From the IMG/VR virus record IMGVR_UViG_3300031949_000135, positions 1 to 30,221 of that record: a stretch of DNA of 30,221 bases; one strand, written 5' to 3'. Positions 16,931 to 26,263 of the stretch are shown piece by piece; position 1 is the first letter of the stretch, and every line of letters starts with the position of its first letter. Below the pieces are notes generated by a model. The model was not told the origin of the DNA. It saw only the letters and a program-made list of their open reading frames with translations, and ran no database searches. The translations under genes and the position numbers were made by a program. The DNA comes from a virus. Lineage: Duplodnaviria > Caudoviricetes.

Positions 16931-17854
16931 ATGAATTCTGTATTTCCTGAATACGACATCTATATTGCGCCCGACGGCACAGAAGTTCGTTTCGACCGTA
17001 CTTCTGATAGATTCATTCAAACGTTTGACGGATATGGAATGTCGCCAATAAAATATTTGGAGCAACAGGGTGCATTTCAGCATGGTGTATCCATCTATGA
17101 TTACAGATTGCAAAAGCGAGTAATTCAGTGGACTATTCGTCAAAATGGTTGTAGTAGATGGGATTACTGGGAAAAGCGTGGAGACATTCTGAACTTGTTG
17201 CGACCAAATCGTCATACAGTTAATAACTTCGGTCCTGGAAAATTGCGCAAGTTTCTACCTGATGGAACTATGCGGGATATTGATGTTCATTTGGAGTTAG
17301 GTCCTATATTCTCGTCTCCGCAAGGATTTTGGGATGAGTGGGGCTTCACGGAGGTTATTAGATTTATTGCTACAGATCCTACATTTTATGATCCGACATC
17401 TGGGTCACTAGTCTGGAATTTGGGTCCTGCTCAGACGCAGTTGGTTTTTCCGATAACATTTCCGATACAATTTGGATACACTATAATTAGCGGATCAAAT
17501 ACAATTACGTATACTGGAACGTGGATGACGTTTCCGACCATAACAATACGAGGTCCTATAGCTGGACTTATTCTTACGAATACAACAACTGGAGAAAAAA
17601 TCCAGTTGAATTACAAAGTCAAAGCTGGTGAAACTGTAACTATATCTCTTGTATTTGGAAATAAGACGGTCACGAATCAGGACGGAACAAATTTGATTGG
17701 TACGGTATCTACGGATAGTGACTTATCCACATTTCATATTGCACCTGATCCAGAAGCCCCTGGTGGAGTAAACACTATCACTGCTTCAGGAGCGGCATCG
17801 TCACCTGTTACCAGAATAACTTTATCGTATTACACACGATACATTGGAATTTAG
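16931..17854 (+). CDS. Distal tail protein (Dit, Sipho_tail-like)
   Basis: Directly after TMP; FIATDPTFY, FPITFPI, Y.GT..TFPTITIRGP, GVNTI motifs. Confidence 0.85.
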   Translation: MNSVFPEYDIYIAPDGTEVRFDRTSDRFIQTFDGYGMSPIKYLEQQGAFQHGVSIYDYRLQKRVIQWTIRQNGCSRWDYWEKRGDILNLLRPNRHTVNNFGPGKLRKFLPDGTMRDIDVHLELGPIFSSPQGFWDEWGFTEVIRFIATDPTFYDPTSGSLVWNLGPAQTQLVFPITFPIQFGYTIISGSNTITYTGTWMTFPTITIRGPIAGLILTNTTTGEKIQLNYKVKAGETVTISLVFGNKTVTNQDGTNLIGTVSTDSDLSTFHIAPDPEAPGGVNTITASGAASSPVTRITLSYYTRYIGI

Positions 17855-17866
17855 GAGAAGTGTAAA

Positions 17867-18949
17867 ATGACTCAACTTAGCTATTATTGGGGAGGAACAA
17901 CTGTAGGAGATGCTACACTTGCTCCGTATGATGACGATGAGTTTACCGACAATTATATGCGATTATTTACCGGAAATAGAGCAACCGAAGGAGTTCTTCT
18001 TAGAGCAAATTATCTTGAAGTTACCAGTCCTGCAGCGGCAACCGTGAGAGTAGCCTCTGGAGTAGCTGTCGTTGATGGAAAACTTTTCGTAAATACTTCT
18101 TTTGTAGATAATGCAATTGTGGCTCCCGGAGCTGGCTCAAATTATTACACCGTCGTTCTTCAGAAGAGTTGGGCTGCACAGACCGTTAGAATTGCTCTTC
18201 TGGGTCCTGATCCTGGAGCTCCTCCAGCAGTAACACAAAATGACGGCATTACTTGGGAAATTTCTATAGCAACTGTTCGGATAACGAATGCAGGGGTCAT
18301 TACTGTAACAGATACTAGAGAATTTTGTCATTTTGCTCAGAAAGTAGATACGGATAACATTGAAGATGCTTCAATTACTGAAGCCAAATTAGCTTTCTCA
18401 ATAGCATCTACGACATTGATTTTTCACGATACTATCGCAGTTGCAGGAGACACTATAGATTGGATGGGAATATCGGGTGCATTTTCCAATCTGCACATTG
18501 TAGTTGCTGGACGTGCGACTTCGTACGGCGGAGGACTTGTGGAAGCTGGTCTTAGGCTCAACTTCAACGGAGACGCAGTTGCAGGACACTACAATAATCT
18601 GAACAATATGTTCGGTCCAAATGCCGTGGGAGACCAGTCTGGATTTACGTCCGGGACTAATACGAAATTGACCATCGCAGGTGGACTTACTCCAGGAAAT
18701 GCAGCCGCAGGAAAATTTGGATTTGCTGACATAGTGATTGCAGCGTACACTTCAACGCTGATGCGAAAAATGGTTCACTTCATGACTGCATGCGAAGCAG
18801 TTAGCTCGTTTAATCATCTCTTAGGATTTGGCTTGTGGACTGGTACTGCTGCTATAAACAGAATTCAGATAACTTCAGATTATAACGGAGGCTCTGGAAA
18901 CTACGGATTTGCAGTTGGAAGTGAATTCTATCTTTACGGGATGGCATAA
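17867..18949 (+). CDS. Baseplate/tail fibre protein
   Basis: VRVASGVAVVDG and WEISIA.V...ITVTDTR (upper-baseplate-like) plus a C-terminal beta-rich head (LNFNGD...TAAINRIQI). Confidence 0.7.
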   Translation: MTQLSYYWGGTTVGDATLAPYDDDEFTDNYMRLFTGNRATEGVLLRANYLEVTSPAAATVRVASGVAVVDGKLFVNTSFVDNAIVAPGAGSNYYTVVLQKSWAAQTVRIALLGPDPGAPPAVTQNDGITWEISIATVRITNAGVITVTDTREFCHFAQKVDTDNIEDASITEAKLAFSIASTTLIFHDTIAVAGDTIDWMGISGAFSNLHIVVAGRATSYGGGLVEAGLRLNFNGDAVAGHYNNLNNMFGPNAVGDQSGFTSGTNTKLTIAGGLTPGNAAAGKFGFADIVIAAYTSTLMRKMVHFMTACEAVSSFNHLLGFGLWTGTAAINRIQITSDYNGGSGNYGFAVGSEFYLYGMA

Positions 18950-20100
18950 TGCCTTTGCCTCTTGTACGCTATAAGGTTATTCAGAAAGATCCAGCTGGAC
19001 TCAAAGTCGCAGAGTTTGACAACTGGAGAAAATTATCCTATGAGAAACGTGTAAATGATGTTGGAAGTTACGACTTTGAAATAAACGGTTGGGATGATAG
19101 AATATCTTTATTTGAACTTGACGGTCAACTAGAAGTATTTAGAGCAGATTTAGCAAATGATTTGGATTGGTACTTGGATTTCGAAGGACTTCATAGATCG
19201 CCTATCCGAAAGACATCCGAAGAAGGTGATCGTATTTATAATTCCATCGGAGTAGGATATAACGATCTGGCTGGTCGCAGAGTAATTGGATATAAGTCAG
19301 GAACTGTTCGTGCCGTGAAAAAAGTAGCTGCTGAAACTGCTATGAAAGAATACGTAAGTGAAAACTGCGGCTCTGTAGCTACGATAGCTAGAGGAAGACT
19401 TCATGACGGAGTTGTTCCTGGACTTATGGTAGAGGCTAGTAGGTCACAAGGGATCGTATGGTCAGGTGATCGTGCTTTCGAGAATCTTTTAGATGTGCTC
19501 AATGAAATCGCAGAATTTTCAGGAATTGACTTTGCATTCGAAGGATTTGATGCTGGTTTGTACGTCTTTAAGACATATCTTCATCAATTGGGTACAGATA
19601 GAACAATTGTAGGATTGAACACAACAACAGGATTAAATCTTTCAGGAGTACCTCCTACAATCTTTTCTATCGATTCAGGAACGGTTCGCAGCATCGTGTA
19701 TTCATTCGATCGGTTAAAAGAGGCTAATTGCGTTTATGTTCTCGGTCAAGGGGATGGATCAACCAGAAAAGTTATTCTTAGAGATGATCCTTTGACAATC
19801 GACGATTCCCCGATGAATCTTCGTGAGGTTTCCCGACCGGCTTCGAAAAATGAATTTGAGTATCAACTGAAAGCATTCGGAGACGAAGTTCTAGTAGATA
19901 CAAAAGCTATTGAAGCAATAACTTTCGAGCATCTGCAGCAATCATCTGTAATTTACGGTAGAGACTTTTTTCTAGGCGACAGAATTACAGTTCATCATGA
20001 AGGTCAGGACTACAATAAGAGAATTGTGGCTATTCAGGTATCTATTCAACAGGGTGTAGAAGCTGAAAGAATTACATTGGAGTTTTCTGATCTACCATGA
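18949..20100 (+). CDS. Minor tail/hub protein (siphovirus Gp37-like)
   Basis: NCVYVLGQGDGSTR and YGRDFFLGDRITV motifs typical of ReqiPepy6 Gp37-like proteins. Confidence 0.8.
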   Translation: MPLPLVRYKVIQKDPAGLKVAEFDNWRKLSYEKRVNDVGSYDFEINGWDDRISLFELDGQLEVFRADLANDLDWYLDFEGLHRSPIRKTSEEGDRIYNSIGVGYNDLAGRRVIGYKSGTVRAVKKVAAETAMKEYVSENCGSVATIARGRLHDGVVPGLMVEASRSQGIVWSGDRAFENLLDVLNEIAEFSGIDFAFEGFDAGLYVFKTYLHQLGTDRTIVGLNTTTGLNLSGVPPTIFSIDSGTVRSIVYSFDRLKEANCVYVLGQGDGSTRKVILRDDPLTIDDSPMNLREVSRPASKNEFEYQLKAFGDEVLVDTKAIEAITFEHLQQSSVIYGRDFFLGDRITVHHEGQDYNKRIVAIQVSIQQGVEAERITLEFSDLP

Positions 20101-20882
20101 CTATTGCCGACGACTCTACTCGTCAAATTGTAGACGCTTTGCGAGATATCTCCAGAAGAGTGCGTAGACTGGAAACATTAGAATATCCATTTACTGTAGA
20201 TTTTGGAGCAATTTCTCCTCCGGTAAGTGCTTTTTTTGGAAAAATAATTCGCATACTTCATGACGGTGGCGGTGTGGAAATTTACGAAGTTGATAGAGAT
20301 GGTATGCTTGGTGCTTTAGGAAGTGCTCTTCCTGAAGATGCAATTATAACTCCTAATTGTAGACTTCCAGGAGATTACGTATTTCCTGATGATGTTGTTG
20401 TTCGGTCGTACGGCGAGAAAACTATAATTGATGGAAGTATAACATTGCGTCCTGGAAGCTTTGCAATAGATATTGAAATAGAAAGAATAGTGTACGGAGG
20501 ACAGCAGGGATACTTATATCTGTATGATTATGCGGATGCCTATGGATTTATAGGTCCAATAAATGGCGTAGGAACTATTCAGAGATGCTCTGTAACAATT
20601 ACTCATACTGGTATTGGTCACATTTACGGAGCATATCAAGGAAATGCTGCTGGAAGACTTGAAATATTTGATAGTAAAATTCTAGGAGCTCATATAGGTC
20701 TTTTAGGAAATGTTTACGGCGTAAGTGTTGCTAATGGAGCTGAGGCATACGTGGAAGAAACAATTCTTTATTCTGCTGCTGTTAATCCAAATAGAGGATA
20801 CGGTGGATTTGTTTGGGCTGGAGATCTTACTGTAGAAGGCGGTAGCTCATACGGGTCCACCAGTAGATTTGGAAAATCGTAA
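20097..20882 (+). CDS. Minor tail protein with putative beta-helix
   Basis: N-terminal LRDISRRVRRLETLE coiled coil, as often seen after Gp37-like genes; repeated (A/I/V)YG strands. Confidence 0.55.
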   Translation: MTIADDSTRQIVDALRDISRRVRRLETLEYPFTVDFGAISPPVSAFFGKIIRILHDGGGVEIYEVDRDGMLGALGSALPEDAIITPNCRLPGDYVFPDDVVVRSYGEKTIIDGSITLRPGSFAIDIEIERIVYGGQQGYLYLYDYADAYGFIGPINGVGTIQRCSVTITHTGIGHIYGAYQGNAAGRLEIFDSKILGAHIGLLGNVYGVSVANGAEAYVEETILYSAAVNPNRGYGGFVWAGDLTVEGGSSYGSTSRFGKS

Positions 20883-22273
20883 TGCCATATAGAGTTTATG
20901 CCGCCACGAAAAAATTAGGAGTATTCTACAGCTCAGACTTTGAGCTGGATTCGAGCAATCCTACTTGGACGGCTATAAATACGGGTCTTCCAAATGGAAA
21001 TATTTTACAGTTCATGGTGGATTATGTAGATCCTGATAATACACAATACGTTATTCACAGTGATGGCAATGATGTTTATCGACGGAGAAATAACGGAAAT
21101 TGGGAACTTATTCTTACGAGTATTGCTGCAAGAGCTGTTGCAGGAGACGACAATGGTCTCATATTTTGGATAACATCTGACGAGGAAAATTCAGGTATTT
21201 TGTATGCCCTTTTTGTTGAAACTACAGTTGATTATACGATAAATGCGTACATTCTTAGATCAATAGACTATGGAGATACCTGGAGTCTTTTTTATACCCA
21301 GTCTGGGGCATTGAGCATTTATGGAGTCGGTAATATTATTGCTCGTGGAGATACAATATGGTTTTCCTTTACTTGGGGTGGAGGTGCTCAGCGAAGAATT
21401 TATCATGTCATTAACGGAATATTTGAAGCTGTTTATAATAACGGAATTGGCGGAGCGGCATGTTATGTTCATTGGATGAATAATACTGATAAAGATACTA
21501 TTCTTGCTAGTGGTTGGGTTGGGGGACCAAGTCCCAGAATATTTAAATTGGATAGTGCTGCAGGAGTAATTACTCCTACAGAGCTTGCCGAAGTCTGGGG
21601 TATTAGCGAAGGAACAATGTGGTACGATTTCAATGACGCAAGTCATTTTAGAGCGGGCGACGGAACTGCTGCACAATTGTTTAGAACAAATGATGCTTGG
21701 ACAACCGAACAAAGTGTTGTATTCGGAGCAAGCGAAGATGTTATACTGGTGATATCTGCTCCGGACAACATGGATATTCCTGTAATAGGTATATCAGCAT
21801 CTGGCGGTGTAGGAATAAATAAACATCCGATCATTCTTCTGGAGTCAGAGTCTTCTGCTATTTCTGTAGGTAAATCTGGGGCAAATTGGAATACGCCTCC
21901 CTACTCTAACTCTATTCCTGTATGTAATGTATCTAACGGAATTGCACATTTAGGAATATTTTTCTTCCCTGCTGAAGCTAACATATATGTCCACGCTGTA
22001 GAAGGAATACCCGACACTGCGGTTGAAGAACCTTTATGGGGTGACCGTTCAGCATTTGATGAATTAAATTATCCTCAACGACATTCTGAAGGAATTAGAA
22101 CAGATACTTATATTCACCATGTTCCTAGAGGAATAAATATAGGAGATATTCTTCAATGGGACGGAACAGAGTGGTCTCCAATTGACGGAACCTCTGTTGG
22201 AGGTGAGTTTCTCTTGGATGATGATGGAAATATTCTTCTTGATGACGACATGAATATTCTCATAGACGGATAG
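20882..22273 (+). CDS. Tail-associated beta-propeller protein (putative receptor binding)
   Basis: GVFYS...W..INTGL, RSIDYGDTW, RTNDAW Asp-box-like motifs; C-terminal LLDDD.NI duplication. Confidence 0.55.
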   Translation: MPYRVYAATKKLGVFYSSDFELDSSNPTWTAINTGLPNGNILQFMVDYVDPDNTQYVIHSDGNDVYRRRNNGNWELILTSIAARAVAGDDNGLIFWITSDEENSGILYALFVETTVDYTINAYILRSIDYGDTWSLFYTQSGALSIYGVGNIIARGDTIWFSFTWGGGAQRRIYHVINGIFEAVYNNGIGGAACYVHWMNNTDKDTILASGWVGGPSPRIFKLDSAAGVITPTELAEVWGISEGTMWYDFNDASHFRAGDGTAAQLFRTNDAWTTEQSVVFGASEDVILVISAPDNMDIPVIGISASGGVGINKHPIILLESESSAISVGKSGANWNTPPYSNSIPVCNVSNGIAHLGIFFFPAEANIYVHAVEGIPDTAVEEPLWGDRSAFDELNYPQRHSEGIRTDTYIHHVPRGINIGDILQWDGTEWSPIDGTSVGGEFLLDDDGNILLDDDMNILIDG

Positions 22274-22282
22274 GAGCGGTCA

Positions 22283-23014
22283 ATGCCAGTTACATCAGCA
22301 GCGAACATATCTAAGATAAGATTTGCAGAGCAGGGAGGAGATCCCGCAACTCCAGCTGCTAATTTCTGGCAATTATACGTTAAAAATGATGGTCTATACT
22401 TAATTGACGATGGCGGTATAGTCTATGGTCCTTTTGTAGAGTCGGGAGATCCTGGTCTTCATGCAATTCAACATCAAAGTGGTGGACTAGACGAGATTAA
22501 ATTAGATAATCTTGGTACTCCAGATGATAACACTGATCTGAATGCTTCTATAACTAGACATGGTCTGCTATTAAAACTTGATAACAATGCAGGCAACTTC
22601 TTGAACGGTCAGGGAGCTTGGGCTGTTCCATCTCCGTCATCGGGAGAAGTTGGTGACATTGCGATCATTATAGATGGTGGTGGCTCTGCCATAGCAGCTG
22701 GAATCAAAGCAGCTTTCAGAGTTGATTATGCTTGTACTATTAATGCCTGGAGCTTATTGTCCGTAGATAATATAGCAGGAAGCATTGTTATTGATATATG
22801 GAAAGATACTCATGCAAACGCACCTCCTGATAATGCAGACTCTATAACAAACGGTCATGAACCTCAAATGGCGGCATCGGTAAAGGCAGAAGATACGGAT
22901 CTGTCAGACTGGTCAGATGTAACTGTAGATGTAGGAGATTGGTTGGTTATCAATGTCGATTCATCAGCTACAGTTACTTTAATTAGCTTAGTTCTTAAAA
23001 TTACAAGGAGTTAG
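22283..23014 (+). CDS. Putative tail fibre protein
   Basis: P.TPA....LYVK.DGLY, HAIQHQSGG.D and IDGGGSAI..G.K...GSIVIDIWK modules typical of phage fibres. Confidence 0.6.
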   Translation: MPVTSAANISKIRFAEQGGDPATPAANFWQLYVKNDGLYLIDDGGIVYGPFVESGDPGLHAIQHQSGGLDEIKLDNLGTPDDNTDLNASITRHGLLLKLDNNAGNFLNGQGAWAVPSPSSGEVGDIAIIIDGGGSAIAAGIKAAFRVDYACTINAWSLLSVDNIAGSIVIDIWKDTHANAPPDNADSITNGHEPQMAASVKAEDTDLSDWSDVTVDVGDWLVINVDSSATVTLISLVLKITRS

Positions 23015-23016
23015 AA

Positions 23017-24033
23017 ATGGCAATCACACGAATATGGCAAGCAGGACTGGAGCAGGGGAATCTATTTGAATTTACGAATACTTCCGGAGGCGGAGTTGCC
23101 GCATCCACTACGGACAAAAAGACCGGATCGTATTCTCTTACCTGCATCAATGATAACTGTTGGGCTTCTGTAACAATTCCAGCGACAAGGCAGATTAGAG
23201 GAGGATTCTATTTTAATCCTGAATCTCCAAATCAGGGAGGAGACATAAACCTGTTCTGGATCAGAGATGCGAGCAACAATGAATTATTTGCAATTGAACA
23301 GACAGTGCCAGTAGGAGGATCAAACCTTATTTTGGAGGTCGCTGGAGTAAATCAAGACACCGAACTAGGCGCTGTTCCTGCAAATACTTGGATACATCTT
23401 GGATATGACGTCAAAATCGATTCTGTTGCTGGATGGGTAAAAATCTACAAAGATGGAGTAGAAATTTTATCGTTCGTAGGAAATACCGGAAATGCCGATA
23501 TCGTAACAGTTTTTCACGGAAATCTCACCAATGCGGGTGTAAACCAATACTGGGACGACATGTACATTGACGACACTACCGGCGAGGCTGGTGCTGTTCC
23601 TGCACCGCTGTTACGCTTTCCATACGTTGTGCCAAACGGAAACGGCAACTATTCTCAATGGGACGGTAGTGACGGCAATCAAGTAGATAACTATGCTCTC
23701 GTAGATGAAATTCCTGCCAGCGGAACAGACTATCTAACAACTTCCACCGTAGATGAGCTGGACAGCTTCGCGATGGGAACTTATGTCTTGGCAGCAAACG
23801 AAGCCTGTGTTGCAATGATTCCGGTTGTAAACGCACAACGAACGGGTGTTACAGAACAACTTGCTCTGGGAACACGCTACAGCGCAACCGATGTAGTAGG
23901 ATCTGACCAAACCCCTGCCTCTACTTATGACTATGCGTGGGAACGACAGACCTCAGCACCAGGAGGAGGCAGTTGGGATCAGGCTGCCATTGATGGATTT
24001 GAGGTTATTGTCAAGAGTCGAGGATCTTACTAA
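23017..24033 (+). CDS. Putative tail/receptor-binding protein with ConA/LamG-like beta-sandwich
   Basis: NTWIHL...GWVKIYKDGVEIL...YWDDMYI pattern of LamG-like folds. Confidence 0.6.
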   Translation: MAITRIWQAGLEQGNLFEFTNTSGGGVAASTTDKKTGSYSLTCINDNCWASVTIPATRQIRGGFYFNPESPNQGGDINLFWIRDASNNELFAIEQTVPVGGSNLILEVAGVNQDTELGAVPANTWIHLGYDVKIDSVAGWVKIYKDGVEILSFVGNTGNADIVTVFHGNLTNAGVNQYWDDMYIDDTTGEAGAVPAPLLRFPYVVPNGNGNYSQWDGSDGNQVDNYALVDEIPASGTDYLTTSTVDELDSFAMGTYVLAANEACVAMIPVVNAQRTGVTEQLALGTRYSATDVVGSDQTPASTYDYAWERQTSAPGGGSWDQAAIDGFEVIVKSRGSY

Positions 24034-24269
24034 TGGCTGATGTAAAAGTAAGTCATGCTGGAGCATACATTGAGCTAGAACGAGAATCTATTCAAGTCTC
24101 TCACGCTGGAGCTTATTTAGAGATAGAACACCAATCTGCTCAAGTATCTCATGTTGGAGCCTACCTGGAAATCGATACTAAGCGAGTAATGCTGTCTCAC
24201 GTTGGAGCTTACTTGGAAATTCAAGAATCAACTGGAGGAGGTGCAAGAACGACTGTAATCATTTACTAA
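24033..24269 (+). CDS. Small 4x16-aa repeat protein
   Basis: (V/L)SH(A/V)GAY(I/L)E four times; coupled to the upstream gene by TAATG. Confidence 0.75.
   Translation: MADVKVSHAGAYIELERESIQVSHAGAYLEIEHQSAQVSHVGAYLEIDTKRVMLSHVGAYLEIQESTGGGARTTVIIY
24048..24221 (+). repeat. Four 48-bp coding tandem repeats
   Basis: Units start at 24048, 24096, 24144, 24192; most differences in the core fall at third codon positions. Confidence 0.85.
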
Positions 24270-24371
24270 TCGTTGCCGTATTGTTGCAGGAGCAAAATTA
24301 TGAATACACTTATTTTTGACTCGGCAAAGGGCAACGGCATGATTGAAAATTACCCTGTTTCGGAGGGAGTT

Positions 24372-24698
24372 ATGCCGCCTGAACCTACAAGACCGTTGCT
24401 AGATCCAGACACACCTGACTGGTTTGTTCACTTTGCTGATACATGGTTTATGAGTCTTGCAAGGGATGTAACTGAGCTAAAAGAGTCAGAAAGGAGAAAT
24501 AATAAGCTATTGCGAGGAGAGAATGGAGCTCCAGGCGTAGTGTCTAGATTTGAACTGACCGAGAGGAGAGTAGAAGGACTTTTCTCTACCGGATCTAAGA
24601 TTTTAATAGCGATAATCACCGGAGCTATCGGAATTATGTTCTTTCTGGTAACTACTGTCATGGGGATAATACTGTATCACGTAATTACGACACCATAA
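24372..24698 (+). CDS. Membrane protein, coiled coil + C-terminal TM (holin/lysis accessory)
   Basis: GGAGGG before ATG 24372 (track start 24273); LLRGENG..G and a long hydrophobic C-terminus; lysis module position. Confidence 0.55.
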   Translation: MPPEPTRPLLDPDTPDWFVHFADTWFMSLARDVTELKESERRNNKLLRGENGAPGVVSRFELTERRVEGLFSTGSKILIAIITGAIGIMFFLVTTVMGIILYHVITTP

Positions 24699-24708
24699 GG
24701 AGAATGAA

Positions 24709-25095
24709 ATGAATGTTCTACGTTGGGTTCTGGCAGTTGTATACGTCCTTTTGATCACGTACGGTCTCGTCATGCTCTTAGAGCCTGGAAGCCAAATTGA
24801 GCTTGGCGTCATCGCAGGTGCTGTTTTGTCTCTGGTTCTTTCGTACGCTCCTGGCGTTGCCAAGGTTTACGAAACTCTGGAGCCAGAGGCAAAGCAGGCT
24901 GTCAATATTGGATTGATGGTTCTTGTTGCTGCTATGATATTCGGTCTGTCCTGTGCTGCTCTATTGGACGTTGGAGTCACTTGCACAGTTCAAAGTGCTC
25001 TTGATCTTCTGCTACTCTTAGCAGTTGGCTTGATCAGTAACCAGGGTATCTACAGCTCCAATAAGTACCTCGCCGCCAAAGTATTCCGCAAATGA
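24709..25095 (+). CDS. Putative holin
   Basis: AAGGAG SD, about 4 TM segments, basic C-terminus, overlaps the endolysin start. Confidence 0.7.
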   Translation: MNVLRWVLAVVYVLLITYGLVMLLEPGSQIELGVIAGAVLSLVLSYAPGVAKVYETLEPEAKQAVNIGLMVLVAAMIFGLSCAALLDVGVTCTVQSALDLLLLLAVGLISNQGIYSSNKYLAAKVFRK

Positions 25096-26099
25096 GAGGG
25101 TTGCCCTCAAAGGAGAAGCCAGGTCTAAACGACCTGGCTATCTCCTACATCTACTATACGCTCCATACTTTACGACGAGCCATTCCAATCGCCCTAGCGA
25201 TCGAGGATTCTCGACCGCTGTGGAGAGACTATAGCTATTGGAATGGACTTGTCAATGGGGGAGTAGCTTCAGCAAATGGAGTTCAAGGTGCATTCGGCAG
25301 AGCCGGAATTTCGTGGGGATATCCTGATCCCACATTTCCTAATTTCTGGCAACAATTCGGTATCTATAATCTTTACAGATCAAGTTATCACGTCATCTAT
25401 ACCGATCAGTCGATAACTAATCAAGCTGATAACTGGTACAGAGTTCATCCTGAGCGAAAGATAATTCCACGAATGATTGATCTTCAGGTAAATCGTGGAG
25501 ATTCGATCAATCAAAAAGCCACCGCAGTTTGGGATATGAGCAATCTGGTGTTGTCGCGAGACGATGCCCGACCGATAATTTACGGTAGAGTCAGTCAACT
25601 TGATCTATGGCTGTCAAGCTGGACTACTGAAATGCTGAATGCTCATAAGTACATGATAGCACAGTATTCCTCGAATCCTTTAGTAGAACCAGTAGGTCCT
25701 CCAACGCCGCCTAAGCGAGTAGATCCAAGAAATGTTCTATGGCATCAAACTGCTGACACGTTTCCAGGTTATCCCGGAGAAACGCAGAACAAAACGGTCG
25801 ACCGTGACCGATGGCAACAAGGATCTATTACTGCAATGCACGCTCTTATTAAGACCTTATGGGGAGGAGAAGTAATTCCTCCGCCAACGCCAGATCCTAT
25901 TGCAATGTACGTCACGGGTACTGGCTCTAGGATACGATCTGCTCCAAGTGAGTCAGCTACTATAATAGGTACGATGGCTGTTGGCTCGACGTGGCCGATT
26001 CCAGCACTTGTGAAAGACTCACAAGATAGGCTTTGGTCCAAGGTTGAAGATGGTGTCTATTTTGCTACCTGGATCGGAAAGCTTATTTATCCGACCTAG
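25092..26099 (+). CDS. Endolysin: GH25-like muramidase + Pro linker + SH3b cell-wall-binding domain
   Basis: DYSYWNG, YH, ID(L)Q, PIIY, IAQY, WHQ and VDRD GH25 pattern; PPPTPDP linker; RIRSAPS...IIG...W SH3b. Confidence 0.8.
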   Translation: MRGLPSKEKPGLNDLAISYIYYTLHTLRRAIPIALAIEDSRPLWRDYSYWNGLVNGGVASANGVQGAFGRAGISWGYPDPTFPNFWQQFGIYNLYRSSYHVIYTDQSITNQADNWYRVHPERKIIPRMIDLQVNRGDSINQKATAVWDMSNLVLSRDDARPIIYGRVSQLDLWLSSWTTEMLNAHKYMIAQYSSNPLVEPVGPPTPPKRVDPRNVLWHQTADTFPGYPGETQNKTVDRDRWQQGSITAMHALIKTLWGGEVIPPPTPDPIAMYVTGTGSRIRSAPSESATIIGTMAVGSTWPIPALVKDSQDRLWSKVEDGVYFATWIGKLIYPT

Positions 26100-26127
26100 T
26101 AAGCGAACTGTAATGAAATTTTGGGGC

Positions 26128-26156
26128 TTGCCAAGGAAGTACCCTTACCTTATAAT
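26128..26156 (+). promoter_or_regulatory. sigma70/sigmaA-type promoter for DNA-metabolism genes
   Basis: TTGCCA (26128-26133), 17 nt spacer, TATAAT (26151-26156). Confidence 0.75.
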
Positions 26157-26208
26157 GGGGGCAGGTAAGCAAACGGTGGAAGCCGTGTGCAGCCTCCTTC
26201 ATAGGCTA

Positions 26209-26237
26209 GGAGGGTGGGATTATCAATCCCGCCCTCC
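26209..26237 (+). other. Strong hairpin in the helicase 5' leader
   Basis: GGAGGGTGGGAT-TATCA-ATCCCGCCCTCC, 12-bp stem with one G-U. Confidence 0.6.
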
Positions 26238-26263
26238 CCTAAGATCACAGTAATGAGGTCATA

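Noticed and set aside
24048-24221. Possible CRISPR mini-array
   Set aside because: Repeats are degenerate at codon third positions, in frame and protein-coding; there is no repeat-spacer structure.
17867-24269. Diversity-generating retroelement targeting tail fibres
   Set aside because: No reverse transcriptase and no TR/VR repeat pair seen in the window.
24270-24371. Promoter or riboswitch before the lysis genes (TTGACT; CGTTGCC/GGCAACG)
   Set aside because: No good -10 at proper spacing, stems are short, and the region may be coding.
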